From: Candidatus Elarobacter sp.
Lineage (GTDB): Bacteria; Vulcanimicrobiota; Vulcanimicrobiia; Vulcanimicrobiales; Vulcanimicrobiaceae
Reading direction: 5' to 3'
Assembly: GCA_035943995.1 (NCBI GenBank)
Contig: DASZBS010000021.1
Coordinates: forward strand, 58,604 to 122,603
Length of the DNA stretch: 64,000 nucleotides
In this document: positions 9,513 through 18,735 of the stretch, in pieces
How the letters are laid out: the number at the start of each line of letters is the position of its first letter
Numbering within the stretch: the first letter of the stretch is position 1
Made by a program: the position numbers and the translations under genes
The notes under the pieces: model-generated
Database searches by the model: none
What the model was told of the DNA's origin: nothing
Seen by the model: only the letters and a program-made list of their open reading frames with translations

Positions 9513-10040
9513 CTACTCGCCGCGCAATGCGGCGCGTGCACGGAGCTCGCGGATCTGCCAGACGTGGATGAAGCGCTGGATCTCTTCGGCCGATCGTTCC
9601 GGGACGTCGACGAACTGCATGCCGTGCGCGAGCTTGCGGCGGCGTAGGCGCAGGAACGTCGTCACCACTTTGGCGCGCACCGTCATCTCGGTGAACGGGT
9701 CGGGCGGCACCATGACCTTCTTCTGAAGGCGGCCGCGGGGTGTCGTCTCGACGATCTCCTTTTCGACGTGGACGTCGTGCACGAGGTGGTTGGGGAGCGT
9801 GAAGCGGAGGTCGACGAACGTGTCGTCCACCAAATCCTCGTCGCCGACCAGCCGCAGGCTCGAAGCGGAGAGATCGGTAGCGACCGCCGTCCGCGCGCCG
9901 GCGCGGCCCTCGACGACGTAGACGACGGGGAACTCGACGGTAGCGCGATAGGCTTGCCGCTGCTCGCCGGAGGTCCTGACCCGCACCAGCGGCTTATGCC
10001 GGCCGGTTTTACGCTTCGTCCACTTCTTCCAAAAGAACAC
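9513..10040 (-). CDS. PilZ-like domain protein
   Basis: QRQAYRA (RxxxR) and DLSASSL (D/NxSxxG-like) motifs, C-terminal GMQF; start uncertain. Confidence 0.7.
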   Translation of the reverse strand: MFFWKKWTKRKTGRHKPLVRVRTSGEQRQAYRATVEFPVVYVVEGRAGARTAVATDLSASSLRLVGDEDLVDDTFVDLRFTLPNHLVHDVHVEKEIVETTPRGRLQKKVMVPPDPFTEMTVRAKVVTTFLRLRRRKLAHGMQFVDVPERSAEEIQRFIHVWQIRELRARAALRGE

Positions 10041-10094
10041 CGAGCAAGCGCATTCCCAGGAACTCTCCCGCCGCCCTCCGTAGCGCACGGGATC

Positions 10095-11498
10095 ATGGCC
10101 GTGTCTCCGTTCGCCGCGCGTCTGCACGACGCGCTCGGCCCGGACGTCGTCCGGAGCGCGCCGGAGGACCTAGCCGTGTACGCCTTCGACGCGTACTCCG
10201 AGGACAAGCTGCCGTCGGCGGCCATCGTGCCGCGCGACGTGCGCGAGATCGCGATCGCGGTGCGGATCGCGCGCGAGTGCGAGGAGCCGATCGTGCCGCG
10301 CGGTGCCGGGACCGGCCTGTGCGGCGGCGCGGTGCCGTCGCGCGGCGGGCTCGTCGTGTCGTTCGCGCGGATGAACCGCGTCGTCGAGCTCGACGTGCGC
10401 AACCGGCGCGCGCGCGTGCAGCCTGGCCTCATCAACCTCGACCTGTCGACCGCGATCGCGGCGCACGGCATCTTCTACGCGCCCGACCCGTCGAGCCAGA
10501 AGATCTCTACTATCGGCGGCAACGTCGGCACGAACGCCGGCGGCGCGCATTGCCTCAGCTACGGCACGACGACGAATCACGTGCTCGCGATCGAGTACGT
10601 CGACGCCGAAGGCGCGGTGCACCGCACCTCGATCGACGACGCGGGCTACGACCTCACCGGCGTCCTCGTCGGCTCGGAGGGCACGCTGGGGATCGTCACC
10701 GAGGTCGAGGTGCGGCTGCTGAAGCTTCCGGAAGCCGTGCGCGTGTGCGTCGCCGCGTTCGCCGACGTCGAGACCGCATCCGAAGCGGTGTCGGCGATCA
10801 TCGCGGCGGGGCTCACGCCGACCGCGCTCGAGATCATGGACGCGCTCATCACGCGCGCGGTCGAAGCGCACTATCACGCGGGCTATCCCGAGAACGCGGG
10901 CGCGGTGCTGCTGGTGGAGATCGCGGGCGCGCAGGACGACGTCGTCGCCGGCGAAGCCGCGCTCGCGAAGATCGCGCGCGCGCACGGCGCGCTGTCGTGG
11001 CGCGCGGCGCGCGACCGGGCCGAACGCGACGCGCTGTGGGCCGCGCGCAAAGGGGCCGCGGGCGCGATCGGGCGCATCGCGCCGAACTACTACATCCAAG
11101 ATGCGTGCGTGCCGCGCACCAAACTGCCGCAGGTGATGCACGCGATCGACGGGATCGCGCGCGAGTACCGGCTGCCGGTCGGCAACGTGTTTCACGCCGG
11201 CGACGGCAACCTGCACCCGCTGCTGATCTTCGACCGCCGCGACAAGCGCCAGGTGCAAGCGGTCGTCGACGCGGGCACCGAGATCCTGCGCACGTGCATC
11301 GACATGGGCGGCACGATCAGCGGCGAGCACGGCATCGGGTACGAGAAGAAAGAGACGCTCTCGCTGGTGTTCTCGACCGACGATCTCGCCGCGATGGGCA
11401 AGGTGCGCGAGGTCTTCGATCCGATGCGCGCGTTCAACCCCGACAAAATCTTCCCGAGCGGCGCGATGTGCGGCGAGGTCGGAGTACGGATCGCATGA
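10095..11498 (+). CDS. glcD: FAD-linked oxidase, glycolate oxidase GlcD-like
   Basis: PRGAGTGLCGG, YAPDPSSQ, TIGGNV, GSEGTLG, FHAGDGNLHP, GEHGIG motifs. Confidence 0.88.
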   Translation: MAVSPFAARLHDALGPDVVRSAPEDLAVYAFDAYSEDKLPSAAIVPRDVREIAIAVRIARECEEPIVPRGAGTGLCGGAVPSRGGLVVSFARMNRVVELDVRNRRARVQPGLINLDLSTAIAAHGIFYAPDPSSQKISTIGGNVGTNAGGAHCLSYGTTTNHVLAIEYVDAEGAVHRTSIDDAGYDLTGVLVGSEGTLGIVTEVEVRLLKLPEAVRVCVAAFADVETASEAVSAIIAAGLTPTALEIMDALITRAVEAHYHAGYPENAGAVLLVEIAGAQDDVVAGEAALAKIARAHGALSWRAARDRAERDALWAARKGAAGAIGRIAPNYYIQDACVPRTKLPQVMHAIDGIAREYRLPVGNVFHAGDGNLHPLLIFDRRDKRQVQAVVDAGTEILRTCIDMGGTISGEHGIGYEKKETLSLVFSTDDLAAMGKVREVFDPMRAFNPDKIFPSGAMCGEVGVRIA

Positions 11499-12754
11499 TC
11501 GCGAAGCGGCCGCGCGCAAAGCGTACCGCGCTCGGGCCGTACGCGCTCGGCGCGCTGCAGCCGGCGCGCGTGTTCGAACCCAAAGAGCCGGATGAAGTCG
11601 CGGCGACGCTGCGCGCCGCCGCGGCGGCGTATGAAGCGGTCGTCGTGCACGGCGGCGGCACGCTGCAGGGCGCGTCGAACGCGCCGGTGCGCTACGACGT
11701 CGCGCTGTCCACGAAGAAGCTCACGGTGTTGTACGACTACGACGCGCGCGACCTCACCGTCGGCGCGGGCGCTGGGATGACGCTCGCCGCGCTGGCGCGC
11801 ACGCTCGCCGAGCACGGGCAGTTTCTTCCGCTCGACGCGCCCCTCGCGTCGCAGGCGACGCTCGGCGGCACGCTGGCAGCCGGGTGGGCGGGACCGCGCC
11901 GCGCGGTGTACGGCCGCCCGCGCGATCTGCTGATCGGTGCGACGCTCGCGCTCGCGGACGGCACGCTCGCGAAGACCGGCGGGATGGTCGTGAAGAACGT
12001 GACGGGCTACGACATGGGCAAGCTGTACGTCGGCTCGCACGGCACGCTCGGCGTCATCGTGCGCGCGAACTTCAAGGTGCTGCCCGCGCCGCAGACGCGC
12101 CGGCTCGCGATCGCGCCGTTCGACGAGGACGAGCGCGACCGCGCGATCGCGCATGCCGGCGCGCTCGTGTTGGAACCCGCCGCGCTGCTCGTCGTCGACG
12201 GTTTCCGCGAGGCGCTCGGCACGACGCGCCCGCGTTTGATCGCGCTGCTCGAAGGCTCCGAACACGCCGTCGACCGCGCGACGCGCGAGCTGCGCTCGGC
12301 GCTCGGCGCGGCGGGCGTCGCCGAGACGCGCCTGCTCGACGGCGACGACGCTGCGCGCGCGTTCCAAGCCGTGCTCGACGCGTACGTCGCGCGCGACGGC
12401 GACGCCTCGGTGACCTTGCTCTCGCGCGGTCTGCCCTCCGATGCGGGCGCGCGCGCGCAGCGCGTGCGCGCCGCGATCCCGGGCGCCGAGACGATCGCCG
12501 ACCTGCGCACCGGCGACGTGGTGGTGCGCGTCCGTGAGATCGATGCATCGGAAGGGGACAACGGATCGGTGAGCGGCATCGATCGGACGGTTCGCGATCT
12601 CCTCGGACGCGCGACCGTGCTGGCGGCCGGCCCCGCCGCGCGCGCCGACGCGTGGGGCGATCCGCCCTCCACGCTCGCGACGATGCGCGCGCTCAAGTCC
12701 GCGTTCGATCCGCGCGGAATACTCGCGCCGGGACGGTTCGTCGGTGCGATTTAA
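11495..12754 (+). CDS. glcE: FAD-binding protein, GlcE-like
   Basis: TLGGTLAAG, GG.VVKNVTGYDMGKL.VGS.GTLG, FDPRGILAPGR motifs; ATGA overlap with glcD. Confidence 0.85.
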   Translation: MIAKRPRAKRTALGPYALGALQPARVFEPKEPDEVAATLRAAAAAYEAVVVHGGGTLQGASNAPVRYDVALSTKKLTVLYDYDARDLTVGAGAGMTLAALARTLAEHGQFLPLDAPLASQATLGGTLAAGWAGPRRAVYGRPRDLLIGATLALADGTLAKTGGMVVKNVTGYDMGKLYVGSHGTLGVIVRANFKVLPAPQTRRLAIAPFDEDERDRAIAHAGALVLEPAALLVVDGFREALGTTRPRLIALLEGSEHAVDRATRELRSALGAAGVAETRLLDGDDAARAFQAVLDAYVARDGDASVTLLSRGLPSDAGARAQRVRAAIPGAETIADLRTGDVVVRVREIDASEGDNGSVSGIDRTVRDLLGRATVLAAGPAARADAWGDPPSTLATMRALKSAFDPRGILAPGRFVGAI

Positions 12755-13856
12755 GCATCCCAAACTGCCGCGCATCCCCGCGGTGCTCAAACGCGACGTG
12801 CGGCGCACGCTCGCGATCGTGTTCAGCCGCCCGAGCCGCATCCGGCGTTTTCTCGCGCTCGGCCCGCGCGGGTGGATCGCGACGGCGCGCTTCGTCGGCA
12901 GCGTGATCCCGCGCGCGGGGCGCGAGCTCGCGGCGATTCGCCAACGCGCCGAGCGCATCCCCGATCCCGCGCTGCGCGAACAAGCGCTCGCGTCGATCGA
13001 CCAGAAGGCGTATCACGTGCAGGGTGGCTGCATCCTCGCGACGTTCATGCCGCGCGACGCCGCGCGCCGTTACATTGCGATCGTCGCTTCGATCGAGACC
13101 ATCTACGACTACCTCGACAACCTCTGCGACCGCCTCCCCGGCGTGACGCAGCAGGCGTACGCGACGCTGCACGCGTCGCTCATCGACGCGCTCGACGACC
13201 GCCGCGAGCCGAGCGACTACTACCGCGACGGCCCGCCCGGCGACGACGGCGGCTACTTGCGCTCGCTGGTCGACGCGGTGCGCGCGGGCTTGCGCGCGCT
13301 ACCGAACTACCATGCCGTACGCGCCGACCTCGTCGAGATCGCGAGCTTCTATGCCGACTTGCAAGTGCTCAAGCACGGCCCGGCCGGTGCGCGCGAGATC
13401 GCGTGCGACGCCTGGTACGCGCGTAACCGCGAGCGTTTCCCGGGCCTGTCGTGGTGGGAGTTCGCGGCGGCATGCGGCTCGTCGCTACCCATCTTCGCGT
13501 TGATCGAGCTCGCGGGTCGCGAACGGCTCGATGCGCACGAGATCGACGCGACGGTGAAAGCGTATTTCCCCGGCGTCTCCGCGATCCACATCCTGCTGGA
13601 TTATTTCATCGACCAAGCCGAAGACCGCGAGCACGGCGAGCTCAACTTCATCGCGTGCTACGCGTCGAGCGCGGAAGCGGTCGTGCAACTCCGCCGGCTC
13701 GTCACCGCGACGCTCGCACGCGTGCGCACGCTCGCCGGCGCAGCGCAGCATCGCTTCCTGGTCGAAGCGATGTGCGTCTTCTACCTCACGCACCCGAAAG
13801 TATTCGAACAACGTCTCGACGCCGAAAGCGCAGCGTTGCTCAGCGCGTTGGGCTGA
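12744..13856 (+). CDS. Tetraprenyl-beta-curcumene synthase family (DUF2600, YtpB-like) terpene cyclase
   Basis: ETIYDYLDNLCDR, L.WWEFAAACGS, YFP..SAIHILLDYFIDQAED..HGELNF motifs. Confidence 0.85.
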   Translation: MRFKHPKLPRIPAVLKRDVRRTLAIVFSRPSRIRRFLALGPRGWIATARFVGSVIPRAGRELAAIRQRAERIPDPALREQALASIDQKAYHVQGGCILATFMPRDAARRYIAIVASIETIYDYLDNLCDRLPGVTQQAYATLHASLIDALDDRREPSDYYRDGPPGDDGGYLRSLVDAVRAGLRALPNYHAVRADLVEIASFYADLQVLKHGPAGAREIACDAWYARNRERFPGLSWWEFAAACGSSLPIFALIELAGRERLDAHEIDATVKAYFPGVSAIHILLDYFIDQAEDREHGELNFIACYASSAEAVVQLRRLVTATLARVRTLAGAAQHRFLVEAMCVFYLTHPKVFEQRLDAESAALLSALG

Positions 13857-13864
13857 TCGCGTTC

Positions 13865-13932
13865 CGTCATGCTGAGCCTGTCGAAGCATGGGCCACGATC
13901 GTGGCGCACCCTTCGACAAGCTCAGGGTGACA
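13865..13932. repeat. REP-like palindromic element (CGTC-tagged)
   Basis: CGTCATGCTGAGCCTGTCGAAGCATGGGCCACGATCGTGGCGCACCCTTCGACAAGCTCAGGGTGACA, near-identical to 9421-9506; lies between convergent genes. Confidence 0.9.
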
Positions 13933-14983
13933 TTGGAGACCAGCCGGCGGCTAACTCGGCGACCACGTCCGCGGCGCGCACGTCGTGCATCGCGAGCGGT
14001 GTGGCTTGGCCCGCCCACAGCGACAGATACTCCGGATCGTTCGCGGCCGCAGCGGCGGTGCGCAGCGGGCGGGTCAGCGCGTTCTGTTTCGGATACGGCA
14101 GGATCTCGTCGGGACGCGCGTCGGCCGCGCGTTCGAATGCATTCGCCAACCCGCGCGCCGGGCGGCCGCTGAACGCGCGCGTGATCACGGTCTCGCCGTC
14201 ACGCGCCGCAGCAAGCGCGCGACGGTGCGCGGCGCTCGTGCCCGCCTCCACGGTGTCGAGGAACGCCGTGCCGCACACGACGCCGCTCGCGCCGAGCGCG
14301 CGTGCCGCGGCGACGCCGCGCCGGTCCATGATGCCGCCCGCGGCAAGCACCGGGATGCGCACCGCGTCGGCGATCTGCGGCACGAGCGCGATCAACCCCG
14401 TCAGCGCCGCTTCGAACGCGCCGATGAACGTGCCGCGATGCCCGCCGGCTTCCGTACCTTGCGCGATGACCGCGCTGCAACCGGCCTGCTCGCAGCGCAG
14501 CGCCTCGGCGACCGTCGTCGCCGTGCCGATCACGACGCGCCCGTCCGCGCGCAATCGCGCGATCGCCGCATCATCCGGCAAGCCGAACGCGAACGACAGG
14601 ATGCGCACGTCCGCCGCGACGAGCGCATCGAGCTGTTCCTCGAACACGTACGGCCACGCGCCGGGCGCGACGGGCAGCGGCAACCCGAACCGCTCGTGCA
14701 GCGGCGCGAGCAGCGCGAGCATCGGCGCGGGATCGACCTCGCGCGACTCGACCCCGCCGGCGAACAGGTTCACCGAGAACGGGCGCTCCGTGCGCGCGCG
14801 AATCGCATCGACGTGCTCGCGAATCGCGTCCGGCGTTAGGTAGGCCGCGCCGGTGGAGCCCAGCGCGCCGGCGTTCGACGCGGCGGCGACGAGCTCGGGG
14901 GTCGTGTAGCCGCCCGCCATCGGCGCTTGCACGATAGGCAGCGCGATGCCGAGCAGGGTGCGGAGATCGGCAGAGGTGCTCAC
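13922..14983 (-). CDS. Nitronate monooxygenase family flavoprotein
   Basis: PIVQAPMAGG, QGTEAGGHRG, AAGGIMD, T..FSGRPARG, LWAGQ motifs. Confidence 0.92.
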   Translation of the reverse strand: MSTSADLRTLLGIALPIVQAPMAGGYTTPELVAAASNAGALGSTGAAYLTPDAIREHVDAIRARTERPFSVNLFAGGVESREVDPAPMLALLAPLHERFGLPLPVAPGAWPYVFEEQLDALVAADVRILSFAFGLPDDAAIARLRADGRVVIGTATTVAEALRCEQAGCSAVIAQGTEAGGHRGTFIGAFEAALTGLIALVPQIADAVRIPVLAAGGIMDRRGVAAARALGASGVVCGTAFLDTVEAGTSAAHRRALAAARDGETVITRAFSGRPARGLANAFERAADARPDEILPYPKQNALTRPLRTAAAAANDPEYLSLWAGQATPLAMHDVRAADVVAELAAGWSPMSP

Positions 14984-15003
14984 CCCGCCTAGTTAGCGGC
15001 CCG

Positions 15004-15273
15004 TCAGCCGCGATCTTCCAGGCGCTTCTTCTGCCAGTTGAGAAAATCGATCGCCGCGAAGGCGATGAACAGCACGTTCGCGATCAGCGTCGCGACGCCG
15101 AGGTAGCCGCGGAACCACTGGTCGGCGGCGACGGCGTAGCCGAGCGCGAGCCCGAGCAGCACGGCGAGCAGCGCGCGCGTCGAGAGCGCCAGCATCGGGC
15201 GCTTCTGCCCGAGCAAGAACGCCGAAGCGAATGCGAAGATGAACACGTACATATTGATCGCAGTGCTGGTCAT
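15004..15273 (-). CDS. Small membrane protein
   Basis: 89-aa ORF with three hydrophobic segments; start at ATG 15273 chosen. Confidence 0.55.
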   Translation of the reverse strand: MTSTAINMYVFIFAFASAFLLGQKRPMLALSTRALLAVLLGLALGYAVAADQWFRGYLGVATLIANVLFIAFAAIDFLNWQKKRLEDRG

Positions 15274-15382
15274 GCTGATATTCTCTTCGGCGTGCGGTCC
15301 GCGGGTTCTTAGCGATTCGAGCGGACGTTGCCGAATTCGAACGCGCCAGGTCCCGCGGCGCTCGTCGTACAACGGCGGGAGC

Positions 15383-17338
15383 GTGCAAGCGCTGCGTCCG
15401 CTCGGTGCGTTCTTGGCCGCGACCGCGCTCGTCGCGGTCGCGCCGCCGTCGCCGCTGACGGGGTTCACCGCCGCGTCGAGCGCCCGCGAGCGGGTCGACG
15501 AGGCGCGCTTCCTCGACCTGCCGAGCGCTCAAGGCGCGCTCGACCACGCCGCGGTGATCGGCGCGCACCCGCACTACGCCGGAACCCCGGCCGACCACGC
15601 GCTCGCCGAGTACACGCGCGACCGCTTGCGCGAGTACGGCTTCGACGCGCGCATCGAGACGTTTCGCACGCGGGTCGACACGCCGCGCAAGCTCGCGCTC
15701 GAGCTGTACGCCGACGGACGCGTGTACGCGCCGCGCAACGGCGCGCACCGCGCGCGCGGCACGCCGCCCGCGGGGCTCGATCTGCGCGAAGTGGGCGATC
15801 CGAGCGATCCGGCGACGCTCGATCCCGCCGTGGGTTTGCCGTTCAACGCGGGCTCGGCCGACGGCGACGTCGTCGCACCGCTCGTATACGCACACCGCGG
15901 CTTGCCCGACGACTTCGCGCGGTTGCGCGGCGCGGGCGTCGACGTGCGCGGCGCCGTCGTGCTGGTGCGTTACGGCGCCGCGTTTCGCGGGCTGCTCGCG
16001 CGCAACGCGCAAGACGCAGGCGCCGCCGGCATGATCCTGTACGGCGATCCCGCGGACGACGCGTTGGCGCGGAACGAGGCGCGCCCGATCGGAGCGTGGC
16101 ATCCGCCCGCAGCGGTGCAGCGCGGAACGCTCGGCGACGGGATTCGCATCCCGGTGCTGCCGATCAGCAGCGACAACGCGCGCACGCTGCTGCGCGCGCT
16201 CCGGGGGCCGAACGGACCCGCGGGCTGGGCCGGCGCGCTCGACGCGCCGTACCCGCTTGCGAAAGGCCCAGCACTCGTGCGCGTCGTCGTCGCGCTGAAC
16301 CGCACGCAGACGACGCTGTGGAACACCGTCGGCGTGCTGCGCGGCACGCAGCCGGCGCAGAGCGTGATGCTCGGCGCGCACCGCGACGCGTGGGTGTACG
16401 GCGTCGGCGACAACGGCGCGGGCACGATCGTGCTGCTCGAAGCTGCGCGCGGCCTCGGTTATCTGGCGCGCAGCGGCTGGCGGCCCAAACGCAGCGTCGT
16501 CGTCGCGCTGTGGGACGGTGAGGAGATCGGCTTGCGCGGCTCGGCCGCGTACGCGACGGCCCACGCCGGCGAGCTGCGCACCGGCTGCGTGGCGTATTTG
16601 AATGCGGACGAGAACGTGGTCGGACAGGCGTTGCGCGCGAGCGCGGTCGGCGCGCTCGGACCGGCGATCGTGGAAGCGACGCGTGCCGTCGCCGACCCCG
16701 CGCACGAGCGCACGACGCTGCACGACCGCTGGAGCGGCCAGCGCGGCGGCATCGACGTCGCCACGATCGGCGGCGGGAGCGATCACGAGTCGTTTCTGTT
16801 CGCGTTCGGCACGCCGGTCGCCGAGGCCGGGTTCAGCGGACCGTTCGGCCCGTATCATTCCAGCTACGACACGCTGCACTACGCGACGACGCGCAGCGGT
16901 CCCGGCTTCGCGCTGCACCGCACGACGGCGCAATTGTACGGCGTCCTCGCGATGCGCTTCGCCGCCGCCGACGCCGTGCCGTACGCGTTCGCGGCATACA
17001 TCCCGGCGCTGACGTCGGGCATCTCGCGCCTGGAGTCGCGCGCGCAGCGCGACGGCCGCCCGCTCGATCTCGCAGCGCTGCACGGCGCGGTCGACGACTT
17101 CGCAACGGCCGCACGCCGCGCCGACGATGCGATCGCGCGCGGCGAAGGCCCCGGCACGGAACGCGCGCTCGCCGCGGCGCAGGCGATCGATAGCCTCGCG
17201 TACGGCGCCGAAGGCTACGCGAGCGTCGCGTTCCCCGACGTGTCGAAAGCATATGCGGGCGGCGACGCCGCGGCGTTTCGGGCGGCCGTCGAGCGCGCGT
17301 GTGACGCGGTCCGGCGGGCGACGGCGGGCTTGCAATAG
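15383..17338 (+). CDS. M28 family peptidase (glutamate carboxypeptidase II/transferrin-receptor-like, PA domain)
   Basis: HYAGT, PA-domain LVYAHRG..DDF, GAHRDAW, GDNGAGT, WDGEEIGL.GS, GSDHESF, YHSSYD; GTG start after GGGAG. Confidence 0.88.
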   Translation: MQALRPLGAFLAATALVAVAPPSPLTGFTAASSARERVDEARFLDLPSAQGALDHAAVIGAHPHYAGTPADHALAEYTRDRLREYGFDARIETFRTRVDTPRKLALELYADGRVYAPRNGAHRARGTPPAGLDLREVGDPSDPATLDPAVGLPFNAGSADGDVVAPLVYAHRGLPDDFARLRGAGVDVRGAVVLVRYGAAFRGLLARNAQDAGAAGMILYGDPADDALARNEARPIGAWHPPAAVQRGTLGDGIRIPVLPISSDNARTLLRALRGPNGPAGWAGALDAPYPLAKGPALVRVVVALNRTQTTLWNTVGVLRGTQPAQSVMLGAHRDAWVYGVGDNGAGTIVLLEAARGLGYLARSGWRPKRSVVVALWDGEEIGLRGSAAYATAHAGELRTGCVAYLNADENVVGQALRASAVGALGPAIVEATRAVADPAHERTTLHDRWSGQRGGIDVATIGGGSDHESFLFAFGTPVAEAGFSGPFGPYHSSYDTLHYATTRSGPGFALHRTTAQLYGVLAMRFAAADAVPYAFAAYIPALTSGISRLESRAQRDGRPLDLAALHGAVDDFATAARRADDAIARGEGPGTERALAAAQAIDSLAYGAEGYASVAFPDVSKAYAGGDAAAFRAAVERACDAVRRATAGLQ

Positions 17339-17389
17339 CGAGCGGGCGCTCTGCGCTTAGCTTACGTGCAGTCGCGGAATGCCTTTAGC

Positions 17390-18022
17390 ATGCGGATTCT
17401 TTTGAGCGGTGCGGCCATTGCTGCGTTCGCCCTCGGTTCGATGTCGGCCGCCGGTGCGGCCCCTTGCACGATGAGCGGCATGGGCGGCATGAGCGGCGGC
17501 GGCATGATGCCGCACTGCTCGGTCAAGAGCGGCCCGGTCGTGTGGTTCATGGCGTCGATGAAGACGTACTACATGAAAGGCTCGATGCACTGGGGCAAAG
17601 GCAAGGGCATGTACGTCTGCCGCGCGACGGCGGTCGCTCGCGGCGGCCACCCGGGGATGGGCATGATGGGCGGTTCGCACGGCACGATGGGCGGTTCGCA
17701 CGGTACGATGGGCGGCTCGCACGCGATGCCGGGGTCGTCGATGCCGGGCACGATGACGATGGCGCCGCGCCCGATGTCATCCTCGCCGAGCAGCGCGATG
17801 CCCGGCTCGATGCCGCGTGCCACGCCGGGGCCGGGTCTACCGAACTCCACCAACGCGGCGCCGGGCAGCATGGGCTCATCACCGATGCCGATGACGAGCG
17901 GCAACCCGATGTCGGGCAACCAGGGCAACACCGGCGCACCCGGCGCCGGCGGCCAGGTCCCGAACAACCCCGCCTCGACGTCCAACAGCAACCCCAACCC
18001 GAGCCCCAGCCCGCACCCCTGA
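17390..18022 (+). CDS. Secreted Met/Gly/Ser/Pro-rich protein with a small Cys-pair domain
   Basis: Signal peptide; C..GPVVW...KTYY.KGS..G.YVC...A..GGH domain; low-complexity tail. Confidence 0.65.
   Translation: MRILLSGAAIAAFALGSMSAAGAAPCTMSGMGGMSGGGMMPHCSVKSGPVVWFMASMKTYYMKGSMHWGKGKGMYVCRATAVARGGHPGMGMMGGSHGTMGGSHGTMGGSHAMPGSSMPGTMTMAPRPMSSSPSSAMPGSMPRATPGPGLPNSTNAAPGSMGSSPMPMTSGNPMSGNQGNTGAPGAGGQVPNNPASTSNSNPNPSPSPHP
17666..17722 (+). repeat. 21-bp tandem repeat (about 2.7 copies) encoding MGGSHGT
   Basis: atgggcggttcgcacggcacg / atgggcggttcgcacggtacg / atgggcggctcgcac. Confidence 0.85.
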
Positions 18023-18045
18023 GCGCGCCTCCCTAGCGCGCGTTC

Positions 18046-18735
18046 ATGCACGCCGTCCCGCCGCCGGCGATCGTCAGTACCGTGCCGCGCGCGGGGCCGT
18101 GGATCGCCGCGGCGCGGCCGTGGAACAAAGCGGCTTGGCTCGCGCAGCATGAGACGTACGCCGCGCGCGCGCGGCAAGGCGGCATCGACGTGCTGTTCCT
18201 GGGCGATTCGATCACCGAGCTGTTTTCGACGCGCGGCAAGGACGTGTGGGACCGCGAGATCGCGCCGCTGGGCAGCGTCGTCGGCTTCGGCATCTCCGGC
18301 GACCGCACGCAGTTCGTGCTGTGGCGCGCGCAGCATGGCGAGCTCGACGGCGCGAACGCGCGCGTCGTCGTGCTGATGATCGGCACGAACAACCTCGCGA
18401 CCGCCACGCCGCAAGACGTCGCGCGCGGCGTCGCCGCCATCGTCGACACGGTTCGCGCGAAGTTGCCCAACGCGGTCGTCGTGCTCAACGCGATCTTACC
18501 GCGCGGTGCACCCGGCGATCCGCTGCGCGCGAAAGCGGCGGCCGTGAACGCGCTGATCGCACCGCTCGCCGATAGGACGCACGTGCACTGGCTCGACGCG
18601 GGGGCGGGCTTCGTCGACGCCGACGGTACGATCCCCGACGCGTTGATGCCGGATAAGCTGCACCCGTCGCCGGCAGGCTACGAAGTGTGGGCGACCGCCT
18701 TGCGCCCGGTGCTGCTCGACGCGCTCTCGAAATAA
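18046..18735 (+). CDS. SGNH/GDSL hydrolase (PAF-acetylhydrolase-like)
   Basis: FLGDSIT, GISGDRT, IGTNN, DKLHP blocks. Confidence 0.9.
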   Translation: MHAVPPPAIVSTVPRAGPWIAAARPWNKAAWLAQHETYAARARQGGIDVLFLGDSITELFSTRGKDVWDREIAPLGSVVGFGISGDRTQFVLWRAQHGELDGANARVVVLMIGTNNLATATPQDVARGVAAIVDTVRAKLPNAVVVLNAILPRGAPGDPLRAKAAAVNALIAPLADRTHVHWLDAGAGFVDADGTIPDALMPDKLHPSPAGYEVWATALRPVLLDALSK

